64,000 nucleotides of DNA from Rebecca billardiae RCC1528 (Eukaryota > Protista > Haptophyta), in the NCBI GenBank assembly GCA_965240325.2, contig OZ251231.1, forward strand, positions 124,001-188,000. The letters are read 5' to 3'. The position numbers and the translations under genes were made by a program. Of the stretch, positions 43,886 through 55,397 are shown one piece after another; position 1 is the stretch's first letter; every line of letters begins with the position of its first letter. Under the pieces are notes generated by a model. That model made no database searches. It was not told where the DNA came from and was given only the letters and a program-made list of their open reading frames with translations.

Positions 43886-45301
43886 ATGTCGACGGTGTTC
43901 GAACGTTGGCAGAGCGCGCACGACAAGGGCGAGGTGTGGAGCGCACCGGTACACGAGGGCGGTGCGTCGAGCTTCTCCGAGAACTATGAGCTCCAGGAGC
44001 TGCTCGGTCACGGCGCCTTCGGCGAGGTGCACCGCGCGAAGCACCGCGCGACCGGCAAGGCGGTGGCCGTCAAGATCATCGCCATCCCGGGCGACGTGAA
44101 AGGCAGCGAGCGGAGCGCGTACGAGGCAAACGTGCGCAAGGAGATGGCGCTCCTGTGCAAGATGTCCCACCCGCACATCATCTCCGTCATTGAGGCGTTC
44201 GCGCCGCCCTCGGAGAAGGGCGGCGTCGCCGCGCAGCCGAGCCCGGCCAAGCCGATTCGCAGCAAGAACGACCTCGAGCTCACGTGGCGCGTGGTGCTCG
44301 AGCTGTGCATGGGGCACGAGCTGCAGTCGATCCTCGACGCGCATGGCGCGCTCGACGTGGAGGACGTGCGCGTGATCGCCGCGCAGCTCGTCTCGGCCGT
44401 GCACCACATGCACGAGAATGGCGGTGCGCGCCGGCCGCGCGTCGCGCGCGCCGCGGAGACGCGCAGCCCTCTCACCGCGCGCGACGCGGTGCGCCCCGCG
44501 CGTCTCCCGCCCGCAGTCGTGCACCGCGACATCAAGCCGGCCAACGTGATGGTCCTCGACGGCGCGCTCGACGGCCCGAACACGCGAATCAAGATCCTCG
44601 ACTTTGGGCTGGCGCACGGGCTGGACGAGCAGTTTGTGCAGCTCTACAGGGACGTGGCGGTGCGCCGCGCGTCGCAGGCGGGCACCGGCGTGATGAAGGG
44701 CGCGAGCAGGGGCAAGGCGGTCGCCCGCGCCGTGGCGGGGTCCAGGCGCGCCGTCCCCTCCGCCGAGGAGAAGATCGAGGAGTCGCACGCCGAGTCCGGC
44801 AGCACCAAGCACCGCATGAGCGTGCCAGAGGTGCAGCTCAACCCGTCTCGGTTCTCGTTTGCGGTCGAGCCCGCAGGCTCGCGGATGTACGCCGCGCCCG
44901 AGATCCAGGACTACCACCGGTACAAGCAGAAGGACGGCGCGGCGGGCGGGCTCGTCGTCGCCACCACCGTCGTCGTCGACGCGTACTCCGTCGGCGCGGT
45001 GCTCCGCCACCTGCTCACCGGCGTGCCGCCCGACCGCGTCGTGCGAGACTTCATCAGCCAGCAGCGGGCGAGCCCGATCGAGTGGCTGATCCGAGTGGTG
45101 AAGGCGTGCGCGGGCAAGCCGGTCGTGCACTACCGCTACCTGAGCGAGCTGCCGGAGGGCGTCGCCGACTTGCTCAGCGGGCTGCTCGACCCGTCGCCGC
45201 GGAAGCGCACGACCATCACGCAGCTGTGCGATCACCCGTGGATCCGAGGCGCCCCTGGCGCCGACGCGCTGCCCTTCCCTCCTCTGCCCCAGCGATCGTA
45301 G
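43886..45301 (+). CDS. Ser/Thr protein kinase; intron 44424-44516
   Basis: LGHGAFGEV, VAVK, HRDIKPAN, DFG, YAAPE, DAYSVG, R..ITQLCDHPW. Confidence 0.92.
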   Translation: MSTVFERWQSAHDKGEVWSAPVHEGGASSFSENYELQELLGHGAFGEVHRAKHRATGKAVAVKIIAIPGDVKGSERSAYEANVRKEMALLCKMSHPHIISVIEAFAPPSEKGGVAAQPSPAKPIRSKNDLELTWRVVLELCMGHELQSILDAHGALDVEDVRVIAAQLVSAVHHMHENGGARRPRVARAAETRSPLTARDAVRPARLPPAVVHRDIKPANVMVLDGALDGPNTRIKILDFGLAHGLDEQFVQLYRDVAVRRASQAGTGVMKGASRGKAVARAVAGSRRAVPSAEEKIEESHAESGSTKHRMSVPEVQLNPSRFSFAVEPAGSRMYAAPEIQDYHRYKQKDGAAGGLVVATTVVVDAYSVGAVLRHLLTGVPPDRVVRDFISQQRASPIEWLIRVVKACAGKPVVHYRYLSELPEGVADLLSGLLDPSPRKRTTITQLCDHPWIRGAPGADALPFPPLPQRS

Positions 45302-46689
45302 GGTCCGTAGGCTCAGCCGACCGTAGGATTCGACTCCAGCGCACCGGTGTCGCCTGCGCAGCTGCCGGCCAAGGCGCGCTCATCGCAGATCACCTTGGAC
45401 GACTCCGAGTCGGCCGAGTGCCTGCTGCCGACCGAGTGCCGTGCATCAGTGATCTGCCGGACTGCCGAGGACCGGCGCTGCCAGTGGCGCAGCGCAGCCT
45501 GGGCCTCAGGCGCGGACCGCGCGCCGCTTCTGCTGCACTCAAGGCTTCTGCTTGCCTTCTTAGCAGTGCCTTCAGGCTCAGCACGCAGCAGTTACAGCCG
45601 ATACGTTCAACTCGTGCGCCTAGTAGCTTATATTATTCAAGGACCGCCGTACATAATTATAACATATATATGTGGGGTTATATATATATATAGTAATTGG
45701 TACATAATAATAACGAACTGATTGTCTAAGAGGCCGACAAGAACGCCGGGCGCCAGCGCCGCTCATCAGCCACATCGCCCTCTACCAGACCATCGCCTCA
45801 AAGGGCGCTGCTCCCGGACAAACAGTCTGTCCGGGTTGTTCTGCCGCCCAGGAGATCGGTTTCCGGCGCCGGCCTCTGCCGCCTGCTTCGCCAGGCGCGG
45901 CGTGCGAGGTGGCTCCAGCCAAGCTCGTCCTGCGTCGCCGGCGGCGGCGGCTCGCACGCGGGTGGCGCGTCGCGTGCACCGACCAACATCTTTCGGCAAG
46001 CAGTTGGCGTCGGCGTTCATTACGAGGACGGCTAGACATATATATATATATACTAGCTGAATTCTCAGTGAGCCCTCCGAGTCCGAGTGCCAGTACTACT
46101 AGTAGCGCGGTGGAACGGTTCGGAACGACGGGCGCCCCGTGGCCGTGTCAGTGAGTACGCCGTGTCAGTACTCACTAATAACTCAGTATGATGCTGCTGA
46201 GTAGTCAGTGCATGTCGTGTCGTAATAACCCCGGGACCCGGTCGGCGCGGCGCGCCGGGCCGCACCCGCCGGCCGCCTGGCTGCAGAGCAGGACCCACTC
46301 ACCTATTCACCCGTGGGCCCGGACGATCCGAATTCCGACTCCGAGTCATTCCGTGCGGCCCGGTAACCCGGACGCTGGGCATGCTTGCTCGGGTGTTGCG
46401 TCGTGCCCTCGGCCGGACGGACGCCGACGGGTGGGGCAGCCTGGCGCTGCCACGGCCTGCCGCTGTCGGAGTGAATCGCACCACGGACTCAGTGCCTCTG
46501 CGGTCCAATGTCACACTGTGTCACATGTGTGTGTAGTGAGTGACCACTCACCGGGCAGTCACCCCGGTACCACTCGCCGCCACCTCTCTCAGCAGTCGGC
46601 GCGCGATCAATTGATCGGCGCGCATAAAAAACTACATGGCGCGCAGGGAAAACATCCCGGCCGCAGCTCATCAGACTCAGTCGGGCGTA

Positions 46690-46809
<120 letters not shown>

Positions 46810-48283
46810 CTGCGCCCTGGCGGGCGGGGGGGTCGGCGGGCCGTGCCAGTGCTGTCGCAATGTTTCCTCTGCGGGTTCGCGTCTTTCCACATTCGCTCGT
46901 GGGCGTGGGTGACGGACAGTCGGACCAGTGACACCTGAAGTTCTCCCAGGCGTGTACACGTCCGAGCGCATCAGCGAGGCCCACACCCACGAGGGAATGT
47001 GCAGCGGCGCGGGGCGTGGCGGGAAGCCCTTTGCTCCGCGCGAGCGTGGGTACGCGCTGTATGTGTCGCATCTCGACCGCGATGGCGTAATCGAGCGCCT
47101 CAGTCGCCGCCGACGAAGCCGCCAGAGTAGATCGTGTGCATGCATGTCCTCCTGCCGCCAGCCGAGAGTGGTCGTCGCGAGGACGCTTGCCGATGTCCGC
47201 TCCGGACATGATGGGCTCGGCGCAGGTCGCGTTGACATCGTACACGGCCGCCACGCTGAGCACGAGCGCGTTGACGTTCGCGCGGTCGTCGCTCTTCGCC
47301 TCGTGCGACAGGTCTGGCGCCCGCGTGTTCGGCGGCACGAGGAGCTGTTGGTCGTGCGCGCGCGCTCACGGCGAGAGCTTGTGCCACTCGCGATCGAGAG
47401 TGGGCACGAGCTGCTCGAGCAGGCACACGAATCGCAGCGCATCCGTCACCGGCGTGACGACGTCCGCCTCGTCCCGCAGCGCCTGCGCCATGGACGAGGA
47501 TGGCGCGGCAATGTTGCATGCTCGACGTTTCATCTCTCTGCGGATGGCATCACGGGCTTGTCTGTGTCGCGCTGCGGCGAGGGTCGCCAACTCGCGAAGA
47601 CGCGGTTGCTGCCACGGCGACAGATTCGAGAGGTGCGTCCGCTGCGCGTCGTACGCCGTTGGCGCTGCGTTTCCGTCGCATTGGTCACCGTCGACGCCAT
47701 GCAGCTGTCGGACGTGGTCTTCGGCTTTGAGGGAGGCCACCGCGACAGACAGTCCGGTGCGCGGATTCCGGCGATCGAGTTCAGAAGGCCGCGCCAAATC
47801 TTGCGTCGTGCGATGGCGCTTCCCGCCCGCGAGACACCTCGTGATGAGTGCCTCTCAGCACCGAACCCGACGCGCGGCGGTGGATCGCGCGAGGCGGCCA
47901 TCGTGCGCAGCGCCTGACGTTATGGCCGGTGCGAGCGCTCGACGTGCAAGTCGGGCGAGGATCGCCCCAGGTCGCACGATCGTGTCGACGCGCCGAGCGT
48001 ACCTCCAAACGCGTCGACTTTGGCCCTCGTTCGACCTGCACGCGAGACGACGAGGGCAGCAATCGCGAATCGGGCGAACACCCGTCTCGGGAGTCCTCTC
48101 GCAATGTCTGCGCCGGCGTTGGATCTGGCGCGCGGCGCCCACGCGCTCCGTGCCATCCGGGAACCCTTTTTCGGCCGAGCGTCCCCAGTGGGAGCTGCGA
48201 GGGCGCCCGGTAGATCTTGAGCTAGGCGATTTTCTTTTCTTTTCTTGGCGAGGCGATTTTCTGTTTTCTTTACGGCCCGCCAA
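46810..48283 (-). pseudogene. Possible decayed ORF (three same-frame segments separated by TGA stops); product unknown
   Basis: ORFs 47855-48283, 47366-47797 and 46607-47338 share one minus-strand frame; no recognisable domain. Confidence 0.25.
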
Positions 48284-48416
48284 ACTGGACGTGAGATCGG
48301 TGAGACGATCGAGACGCAGCGCCCGCCGGTGGCGTGTTGGGTGTGAGAAGCGCCAGGCGATCTGCGCTCAACCGCGCCTCGAGCGAGCTCGCTCGTGTCA
48401 CTCAGTGCGCGCTTCC

Positions 48417-49180
48417 ATGTTCACCTGGCTCCGCAACCGCCAGTACCGCAATCACGACGACGTGAATGTGCGCTTCTACGCCGATTCACTGCGCTGCGCA
48501 CCCGACGACGTGCTCATCAGCGAGCTGCACGAGACATACACAGACCATATGCTCGAGGTGTCGCACGGTTACATCCAGTGCGTGTGCCCGCGCCGCACGC
48601 CCTCACGTGCCCGCAGACGCCCTCGTGCGGCTCTCTGACATCAGGGCGCTGTGTGCGTGTAACGCGTTGCATCAGGTGGCTCTTCCCCGTGTATGAGAAT
48701 CAGGGCATGAATCCGCTCTCGCGGCCGCTGACCAAGGAGGGAGCTGCGGCCATCCGCGGCGATCTGGCCATGTCGCGGCGCGTTATCGCCAGCTACCGCC
48801 TCTTCTTGCGCTTCCTCGGATGCGCGCTGGTGGACGAGCGGACGGGCGAGATTGGGCGCGCCGAGAATTACACTGAGCGGTACGCGGTGCACAACTACGC
48901 CTTCAACCACAACTGGCTGCGCATCTCACGCGTGATCACGTCGCTGGGCGAGCTCGGCTTCGGCCGATACAAACGCCTTCTCCTCGCCCACTTGCGCCGC
49001 GAAGTGGAGGAGGGCCACCTCTCAGAGGCCCGCGACTCGCTCGAGAACTTCTGGGCTCGGCTGGTGGAGGAGGAGGACACTCCGTCGTACAGGCGGAAGA
49101 CGCGCGAAGACGGGCCGCAAGACCGCGGCGAGTCCATCTTCTTTGAGCAGTTCGCCCCGGCAGCCGCGCGTGGTGGCTGA
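48417..49180 (+). CDS. Opioid growth factor receptor (OGFr) conserved-domain protein; exons 48417-48577, 48676-49180
   Basis: NVRFY, LEVSHGYIQ|WLFP, SYRLFLRFLG, HNWLRISRVITSLGELG; intron 48578-48675. Confidence 0.88.
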
Positions 49181-50408
49181 GCCCGTGCCGTGCCGCCGAA
49201 GGCAGCCACTGATCGGCCATCAGTCCCGGAGCGGAACGGCGGATTGAGTGACTCACTCAGTGACTCCGCCCGCCGGGCCCGCCCGCCCGCCCGCGGATTC
49301 GGGAATGACGGACCGGATGCTATGATGACGATGAAGTATTTATACGACCTACAATAATAAATTATATATATATATATATTATCGGCTACGAGGGGGGGCG
49401 GGGGGGACGACGGAGAGCAGGAGCGCTAGCTGATCCTGCTGGTGTTTGTCCCTGCTGCTCGATCTGCTGCTACACTCGCCTACAGCTTGCTGACTCTGAC
49501 GCCAGTGCCCGTTGCAGCACTACTGGCCGGGCACTTAGTTAGATTGAGTACCAGCCGCCAAATGCCATATCTGACCACGTCGTTACTATTTACTATATAT
49601 ATATATAAATTCATCGCCCAGAGCGCGCTAGGCGGCGCGCTCACTCTCCAAGCCCCTCTTCTGCAGCTGCGCGCCGCTTGGCCGGCGCGCGGCGACGCGT
49701 ACTACGACCTGGCATCCTCATCCAGGCACGCACGCGGGCGCACGGGGGCGACAGCCGCGGCTGCCGCTTGCCGGAGCTGCTCGCCGCTAGGTCGGCGGGC
49801 GGCGACATCGACTACGACCTCACCCTTACATCCAAGTGCTCCGGAAGGCGCTCCGGAAGGCGCTCGGCCGCGGCGGCATCTGCCGTCGCCGCCGCGTGCC
49901 CCAGGCCGAGGCGGTGCTCCATCCCGGCCCCGCTCCCATAGGGGGGCAGGGCTGCGGGTGGCGCACTGCCTGACCTGGTTGCAGGTTGGAAGGCGCGGAC
50001 GCATTATTCTATGTGTCTGCTGCACTCTGAGCCTGACGCTTGCCCGTTGGATACCACGTCGTTAAATATATATATATATATATCATATCATATGTCGCAG
50101 TGCGTATATTTAATGAATAATATTATGATGTACGTAGCGTATGATATACAGTTGCATTGCCATATATATATATATATTGTTGCGCGTATCTGAATATGAT
50201 ATAATGACCGCGTTCCGCGGTCCTTTTCCGTAGAACGAACGTAGTTCAGGGCCCGCGGTGGCGGTGCACCCTCCGTCGCAGTCGTCTATTGACAGACCAG
50301 TTGCATATGCCCGTACAACTAGACTCCAGCGGCGCGCCGCCGCCCGCCGCGCCGGGCGGGCCCATTGCAGCCGCCGGCGCGGCGCCGATTGTGTACAGGC
50401 GGATGCGA

Positions 50409-50700
50409 CGAGGCGTGATCGACGCATGAGCGCGACTCCACGTGCACACCAGGCCACGCGGAGCTGACAGCCAGGGAGCACGGTGCGGGGCCGCGGATTC
50501 GTTCGGGCCGCTGCTGCTGACCGCTGTCCCCGGGGTCACCCCCCGCGCCGGCAGCGCCCGGGATGATGCACTGGTCCGAGTAGGGTTCGACCAGCGCCTG
50601 CGCGACGGCCGACAGGCGGGCGCGAGGCGTGATCGACGCATGAGCGCAACTCTACGTGCACGCCAGGCCACGCGGAGCTGACAGCCCGAGGGAGCACGGT
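50409..50700. repeat. Pair of ~76-bp imperfect direct repeats (50409-50483, 50623-50700)
   Basis: CGAGGCGTGATCGACGCATGAGCGC.ACTC.ACGTGCAC.CCAGGCCACGCGGAGCTGACAGCC..GGGAGCACGGT occurs twice. Confidence 0.85.
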
Positions 50701-53665
50701 CGGCCGAGGTGCGAGGGCACCGGTGATCCGGTTCGCGCACTCGCCGCGCGTGCACGGGCGGCTGACACACCTCGATCAGGCTCGGCACGCGTTGCAGAGG
50801 CACGGCCAGCTCTGGGGACGTCACGCACCACCGTCGCCCGCGCAGCTCGTCCTCCTCGTAGAGTACCGTTCAGTTCCGAGGCGTAGCCCTCGCTCAGAGT
50901 CGACCGACGATGGACTCGGATCGTCGGCGCGCCTGCTCTCTCTCAATCAAGAAGAGTTCTGGGAGACCCCGGAAAGGCATGGCAAAGGCGGCGCGTGGTG
51001 AAGTCGAAGGCTCAGAGATCGATCAGTCCGGCATCAGGCGCCGCTGCCCCCGAGCTTGCGAGAGCCCGAACACAGGGCGGCGGCTGCGGCTAGGGGGGCC
51101 AAAGTGGCACTGTAGCGTTACTGACGGCCACGAGCGCGGGTCCTAGCGAGTGTTTAGAGCTGATTTCGGGCTGGATCATTTGCCCTCTGGAGGGGTCTGG
51201 TCCGGCCATGTAAAAAAATCAGGTGCACATACCCTGAATATAGGGCGTAACGGCTAGCATATTTACTTATTAGAATGAGCCTGAACTTACTGGAAACGGT
51301 ATGTAACGGTCGTCCTATATGTGACATATAGACCATGTCGACCTCACTTTGATAGAGCATCTCAGCGAGATCGTTCTGAGTCCCCAGCAGCAGCAGGTCC
51401 CAACATGCGATATAGGCTGTGTACTGGCAGGCTGTCAAATATGTAGTTTCCTAGAAGCCACCGATCGTTACATACCCACTGTGTATATAGGCGCCATGCT
51501 GATGAATACAGCCTCGTCTGATCTCGAGCTGCGAGATACGTTTTCAGACTGTGTATACGGCCACGCGTACGGCGTATTGCAGACATAGTAGACCCAAAGC
51601 ACCGGCCCCACGTCCTTAGCCCGGGAGTGCTCTCGGTCATAGTCAAGGTTTAAAGTGACTCGAGCCAACCGTCACCGCTCCCTGGCCGAGACCTACGAGG
51701 CAGGTCAAATCTGTCGTCGTCGCAGTGCGGCACAGTGCCGAGCATGCGATTCGGCAGCAAACGTCTGCTCCAGGCGGTGGCTGGCGTGTCTGCACCAAAC
51801 CAGGCTGGATGGGATTGGTCCATATAGGTACGCACTACCCTGTTCCGCGCTATTTCTGGGCTTAGGGGCGGATATTCGGCCTACAGAGGCTGATCCGGCG
51901 CTGTTCGGCGCTCCTGGCTGGCTGCGCGGAGCCCAACGGCAAGCGCCGGCGTGTGCAAGGTGTCAAGATTGAGACGGTCTCTGACGCTCCCGCCGGTCTT
52001 GGGCGCACCAGGGTGCATGAGGGCCCATCTGCATCTGCTTCTGCAGGCATGAGCGTCACAGGGGCGCGCTTGCAGGCACGGTCGAGTGCACGTCGGACCT
52101 GTCGAATGAGCCAACCGCTGCCTGCGAGCACGTCCGCGACGTCCTGAGAGGCGAATGGGAGGCGCCCAGACGCCATCAGAGGGCACACGTGACCCATACC
52201 CAACGTACTGACCATCGCAAGTGCCACGGCAGGTGCAAACACGGGCCCTACAAGCGGAACATGACAGTTGCGAGCTCCGCGGAGGTGTTGCGCGCGAGCT
52301 CGCGCCGGTCTGCTGACGGCGATTCCGGCGCAGCAGGGCAGGTTAGGCGAGCTGGGCATCCACATACATACATGGGCACTTGGTGCGAGCATCGATCTCA
52401 ACTGTGCGAGTTGATCATGAGCCACACCGTGCGGTAGCGTGACGGGCGCACGCAGCGCGCCAATTCAAGCCGGCCGACGCGCGCCGCGCACGGCGCGAGA
52501 TGGCCAAGAAGCGGGTGGTGAGCCGCTGGTGGCGCAAAGGCACGGGTCAGTAGCGCCCACCAGCGTCACGCGCGCGCGCACCCGAGACCATCTCGGCGTC
52601 TCAAAGGTCGCGAGCGCGCGGCGGTCCACTGCCTCCGGCCGCTCGCGCTGGAGCGGAACCGAGCTCTGAGCGTCCGAAAGGCGTGAAGCTCGATTTTCGA
52701 GCGGGGTCCGAGAAAAAGGCTCCGCGCCACCCTAAAAGGCCGAGGGCGGAGCGAAAATGCGACGCGACTTTGCTTTTCATTTTTAAATGGGCGGTTTGGC
52801 CCCCCTACTGCGGCGCCGGCTCGCGGACGCGCCGGTGCCGCGCAAGGCCGCGCCGAGGCATCGACAGGGCGGCAGGGGCGGCGGGGGCGCGCGGAGTGAG
52901 CGGGGGCACGACGAACGCGATGTCGACGGCAGTCGGGACCCGCCGCAGCCGCGCGCTCCAGGCGCCATTCGCCGCGCGCACCTGCCCATCGCCGTCCTCA
53001 CCCGTCGGTCGCTCGTGAGCCTCGTGCCCGTGGCTCGCCTCCAAACGCGGGCCGCCTCTGGTGGGCCGCCGCCCGGGGCCGCGCGCGCGCCCAACCAAGT
53101 CCGTTCGCGTCAGATAGTATTGAGATATACGCCGAGCTTGGGCCCTCTGCTACTGACCCTTGCCTTGTCGGCTCCTGATACAGATAGGGCGCGATTGAAT
53201 AGTTGATCAACTGATTCAAGGGACGTACATTGTCACATCGGTTCGCGGCAATCTCACTATCAAACTAAATCGCTCGTAACGAACCGTTACGTTAAAGTCA
53301 CGGCCGCTCACGTCCCGTCCATCGATTGAATAGGGGAATGTCGTGGACGCGGTTATTTCTCCGTAATGCATGTGTAGAGAGGGTCTCAAAAATCGAAACT
53401 CGGTCACCGCCAGCCCTAAAAATCGCCCCCCGTCCCTTTTTTCTGCTTGATCAAAGATCTTTTTGAAACGTGGTTAGGGCCCACGGAGCGGGCTCCACGC
53501 TGCGCGTTCCGCCCTGCACCGCTGGCCATCATATGCATCGCCATATCAGCGCCGGGCCCGGCGTCCGACTACTCTGATATGAGATATCTGAATAATAATA
53601 ACAACGACTGCTAACTAGCTTATACTACTGTACGACTGATGCTACTGCTTATTATTATCGATCTA

Positions 53666-54221
53666 TGATTGGCGCTTCGCGCGTGTCGTGCGGTCCTTAC
53701 TGTGTTTCGTGGGGCGAAGGGGCGTCCCCCTTGCTGATGAGTGATGGTTTCAGGTAACTGATGTTTCAGTCTGGTGAAAGCTGATGGAAGTGGCATCGAA
53801 GATTTTGGAATCTTCGTGTGCCTGCTTCCCTCGGTCGGAATGCTCTCGGAATTCCGTTGATTGCCTTCGGGTCATTGCACGAAAGCTTCCTGTGATGATC
53901 GGGACGTCTCCTCGAAATGAAAAGAAAGTTCTGATGACTGCATGGTAGTCTCTGGTCCAGTTCAGGGTACCTTCCCAAGTGGTGAAGAATCCCTGGACCC
54001 TTGGATGTGTAGTCCGAAGACCTCATGTGTGTGCCGATGCTCCTTATCTTTGGAGTAGTAACTTGCATGAACAATGGCTGCTGTTGGCCTTGCTCTTGAA
54101 TGGTGAAACCGATTGAATTGCATGATGAAAGTCTGTAGCTTGGCGGCTGAAATTGCTCAGCGCCTTGGAATTAAAGTCTCGAGCTGGGGAATGGCGCCGA
54201 TGGCTGCCTTGGACTTTGACA
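53666..54221 (-). repeat. 3' LTR of copia element 2
   Basis: Identical to 61939-62494. Confidence 0.95.
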
Positions 54222-54227
54222 CGCCCC

Positions 54228-54345
54228 CTCAATTCGAAACTGGTGTAACCATGATGTCTCGAAATTTGGTGAACTTGTCCTTGGGTAGCGCCTTGGTCAG
54301 ACAATCGGCGATGTTTTCCGATGTGTGCACCTTGGTGATGTTGAC
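54228..54345 (-). pseudogene. Orphaned C-terminal RNase H fragment of copia element 2
   Basis: Minus strand reads VNITKVHTSENIADCLTKALPKDKFTKFRDIMVTPVSN*, the expected copia ADxxTK end. Confidence 0.9.
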
Positions 54346-54346
54346 T

Positions 54347-55397
54347 CATTCTATGATTTAACGACACAGGTAGGACGGCGCAGGTCTCCTGATTCGTCGT
54401 CGGCAGTGCCCGATCGTCGACACGAAGTCGGCGCTGGTGGCAGAGCATAGCCTGAACCGCGATCGAATGGCTTGAGCGCGGCCTTGAGCTGCTGGAGCGC
54501 GATCCACCTGCGCTGCGCGGCTCGCATGGACCTGCTGTGCCCCGAGCGAGGGCGAGGGTGCAGGTCCGGATGTCAGACGGCCGTCTCAGCCGCTGGGCCC
54601 TGGCGGGTGATCCGGCGGTGATGTAGTCGTCCCCGTGTGCCCTGCGCGGCCGCGTGCGCGCTTGCCGCTCTGCTCAGCTGGCTTGCTGGCGGCGGCTGGC
54701 GCTGCTGCGGCGTGCAGGGTACGCTTTGCCCCCGACTGCTGCGCATCCTCGTCGTCCGAGTCGTCGTCCATGGACGAGTCTCGGTCCGCGTGGGGGACAG
54801 CAGCTGGAGCAGGCGCAGGTGCTGCGGGCAGAGAGGCCGCCAGCCGCGCCGCCTTGCGCTCCTGGCGTTTCTCGACGGCGCGCCGCGACGAGGTGCGGCG
54901 GCTCGATGGAGATCGAATCCGCCTGCCTTGCGCGTCACGCCGAGGCCCGCGCTTCCCGCGCCGAGGCTTCTTCTTCCGCTTCTGAGAGTGCTGCTGCTCG
55001 CCGTTTGCAGCCTGCACTCCAGTACCCGAGCCCTGCGCGGCGAGCGCGCGCGCCGGCGGAGCCGACTTGCGCGCTCGGCGCGGGGCGGGATGCAGGGGAG
55101 CTTTAGAAGGCGCGCCACCACCTCCCTCGCGCCGCTGGCTGCCACCAGCGGGGGTTCCCTGTGGAGAAGCATCAGGCCCTTGTGCATCAGGCGGACGCAC
55201 AGACACCGTCAGACGGACACTCCCATCTGGCAGGAGGGAGATGTGCACCGCGCGCGGGAGGCCGTCGGCGGCGGTGAGCCTTGCTGCGTCACGCCAAAGG
55301 CGGACGTAGAGGCGCACCCAACGATCCGACAGCCCCTCGGGCAGCAGCGCAGTCACGTCGAGGTCGTCCATGCGAGCGTCGCCATGTACACGTGGAC
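54347..55397 (-). mobile_element. 1051-bp unclassified insertion in the RNase H, flanked by ACT repeats, carrying a 261-aa basic ORF (55371-54586)
   Basis: Removing the insertion plus one ACT restores ...DLGA-VNITKV...; no TIR or poly(A) visible. Confidence 0.75.

Noticed and set aside
94-45693. Many long overlapping or antisense ORFs in the ORF track (e.g. 569-2275, 2746-5190, 8550-11072, 41287-43926)
   Set aside because: Shadow frames caused by extreme GC content and codon bias; they are Arg/Ala/Pro-rich, lack domains and overlap well-supported genes.
46888-47001. 21-bp imperfect inverted repeat (46888-46908 / 46981-47001)
   Set aside because: Isolated, no TSD or other support; function cannot be argued.
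50409-50700. Direct repeats as a CRISPR array
   Set aside because: Only two ~76-bp copies, eukaryotic context, no cas genes.
53471-53482. TGGTTAGGGCCC resembling a half-tRNAiMet primer-binding site
   Set aside because: Lies outside element 2, on the wrong side and strand, with no adjacent LTR.
53766-54074. 102-aa ORF duplicated at 62039-62347 (and similar duplicated ORFs in the element 1 LTRs)
   Set aside because: Lies within LTRs; the duplication simply reflects LTR identity, and no domain is recognisable.
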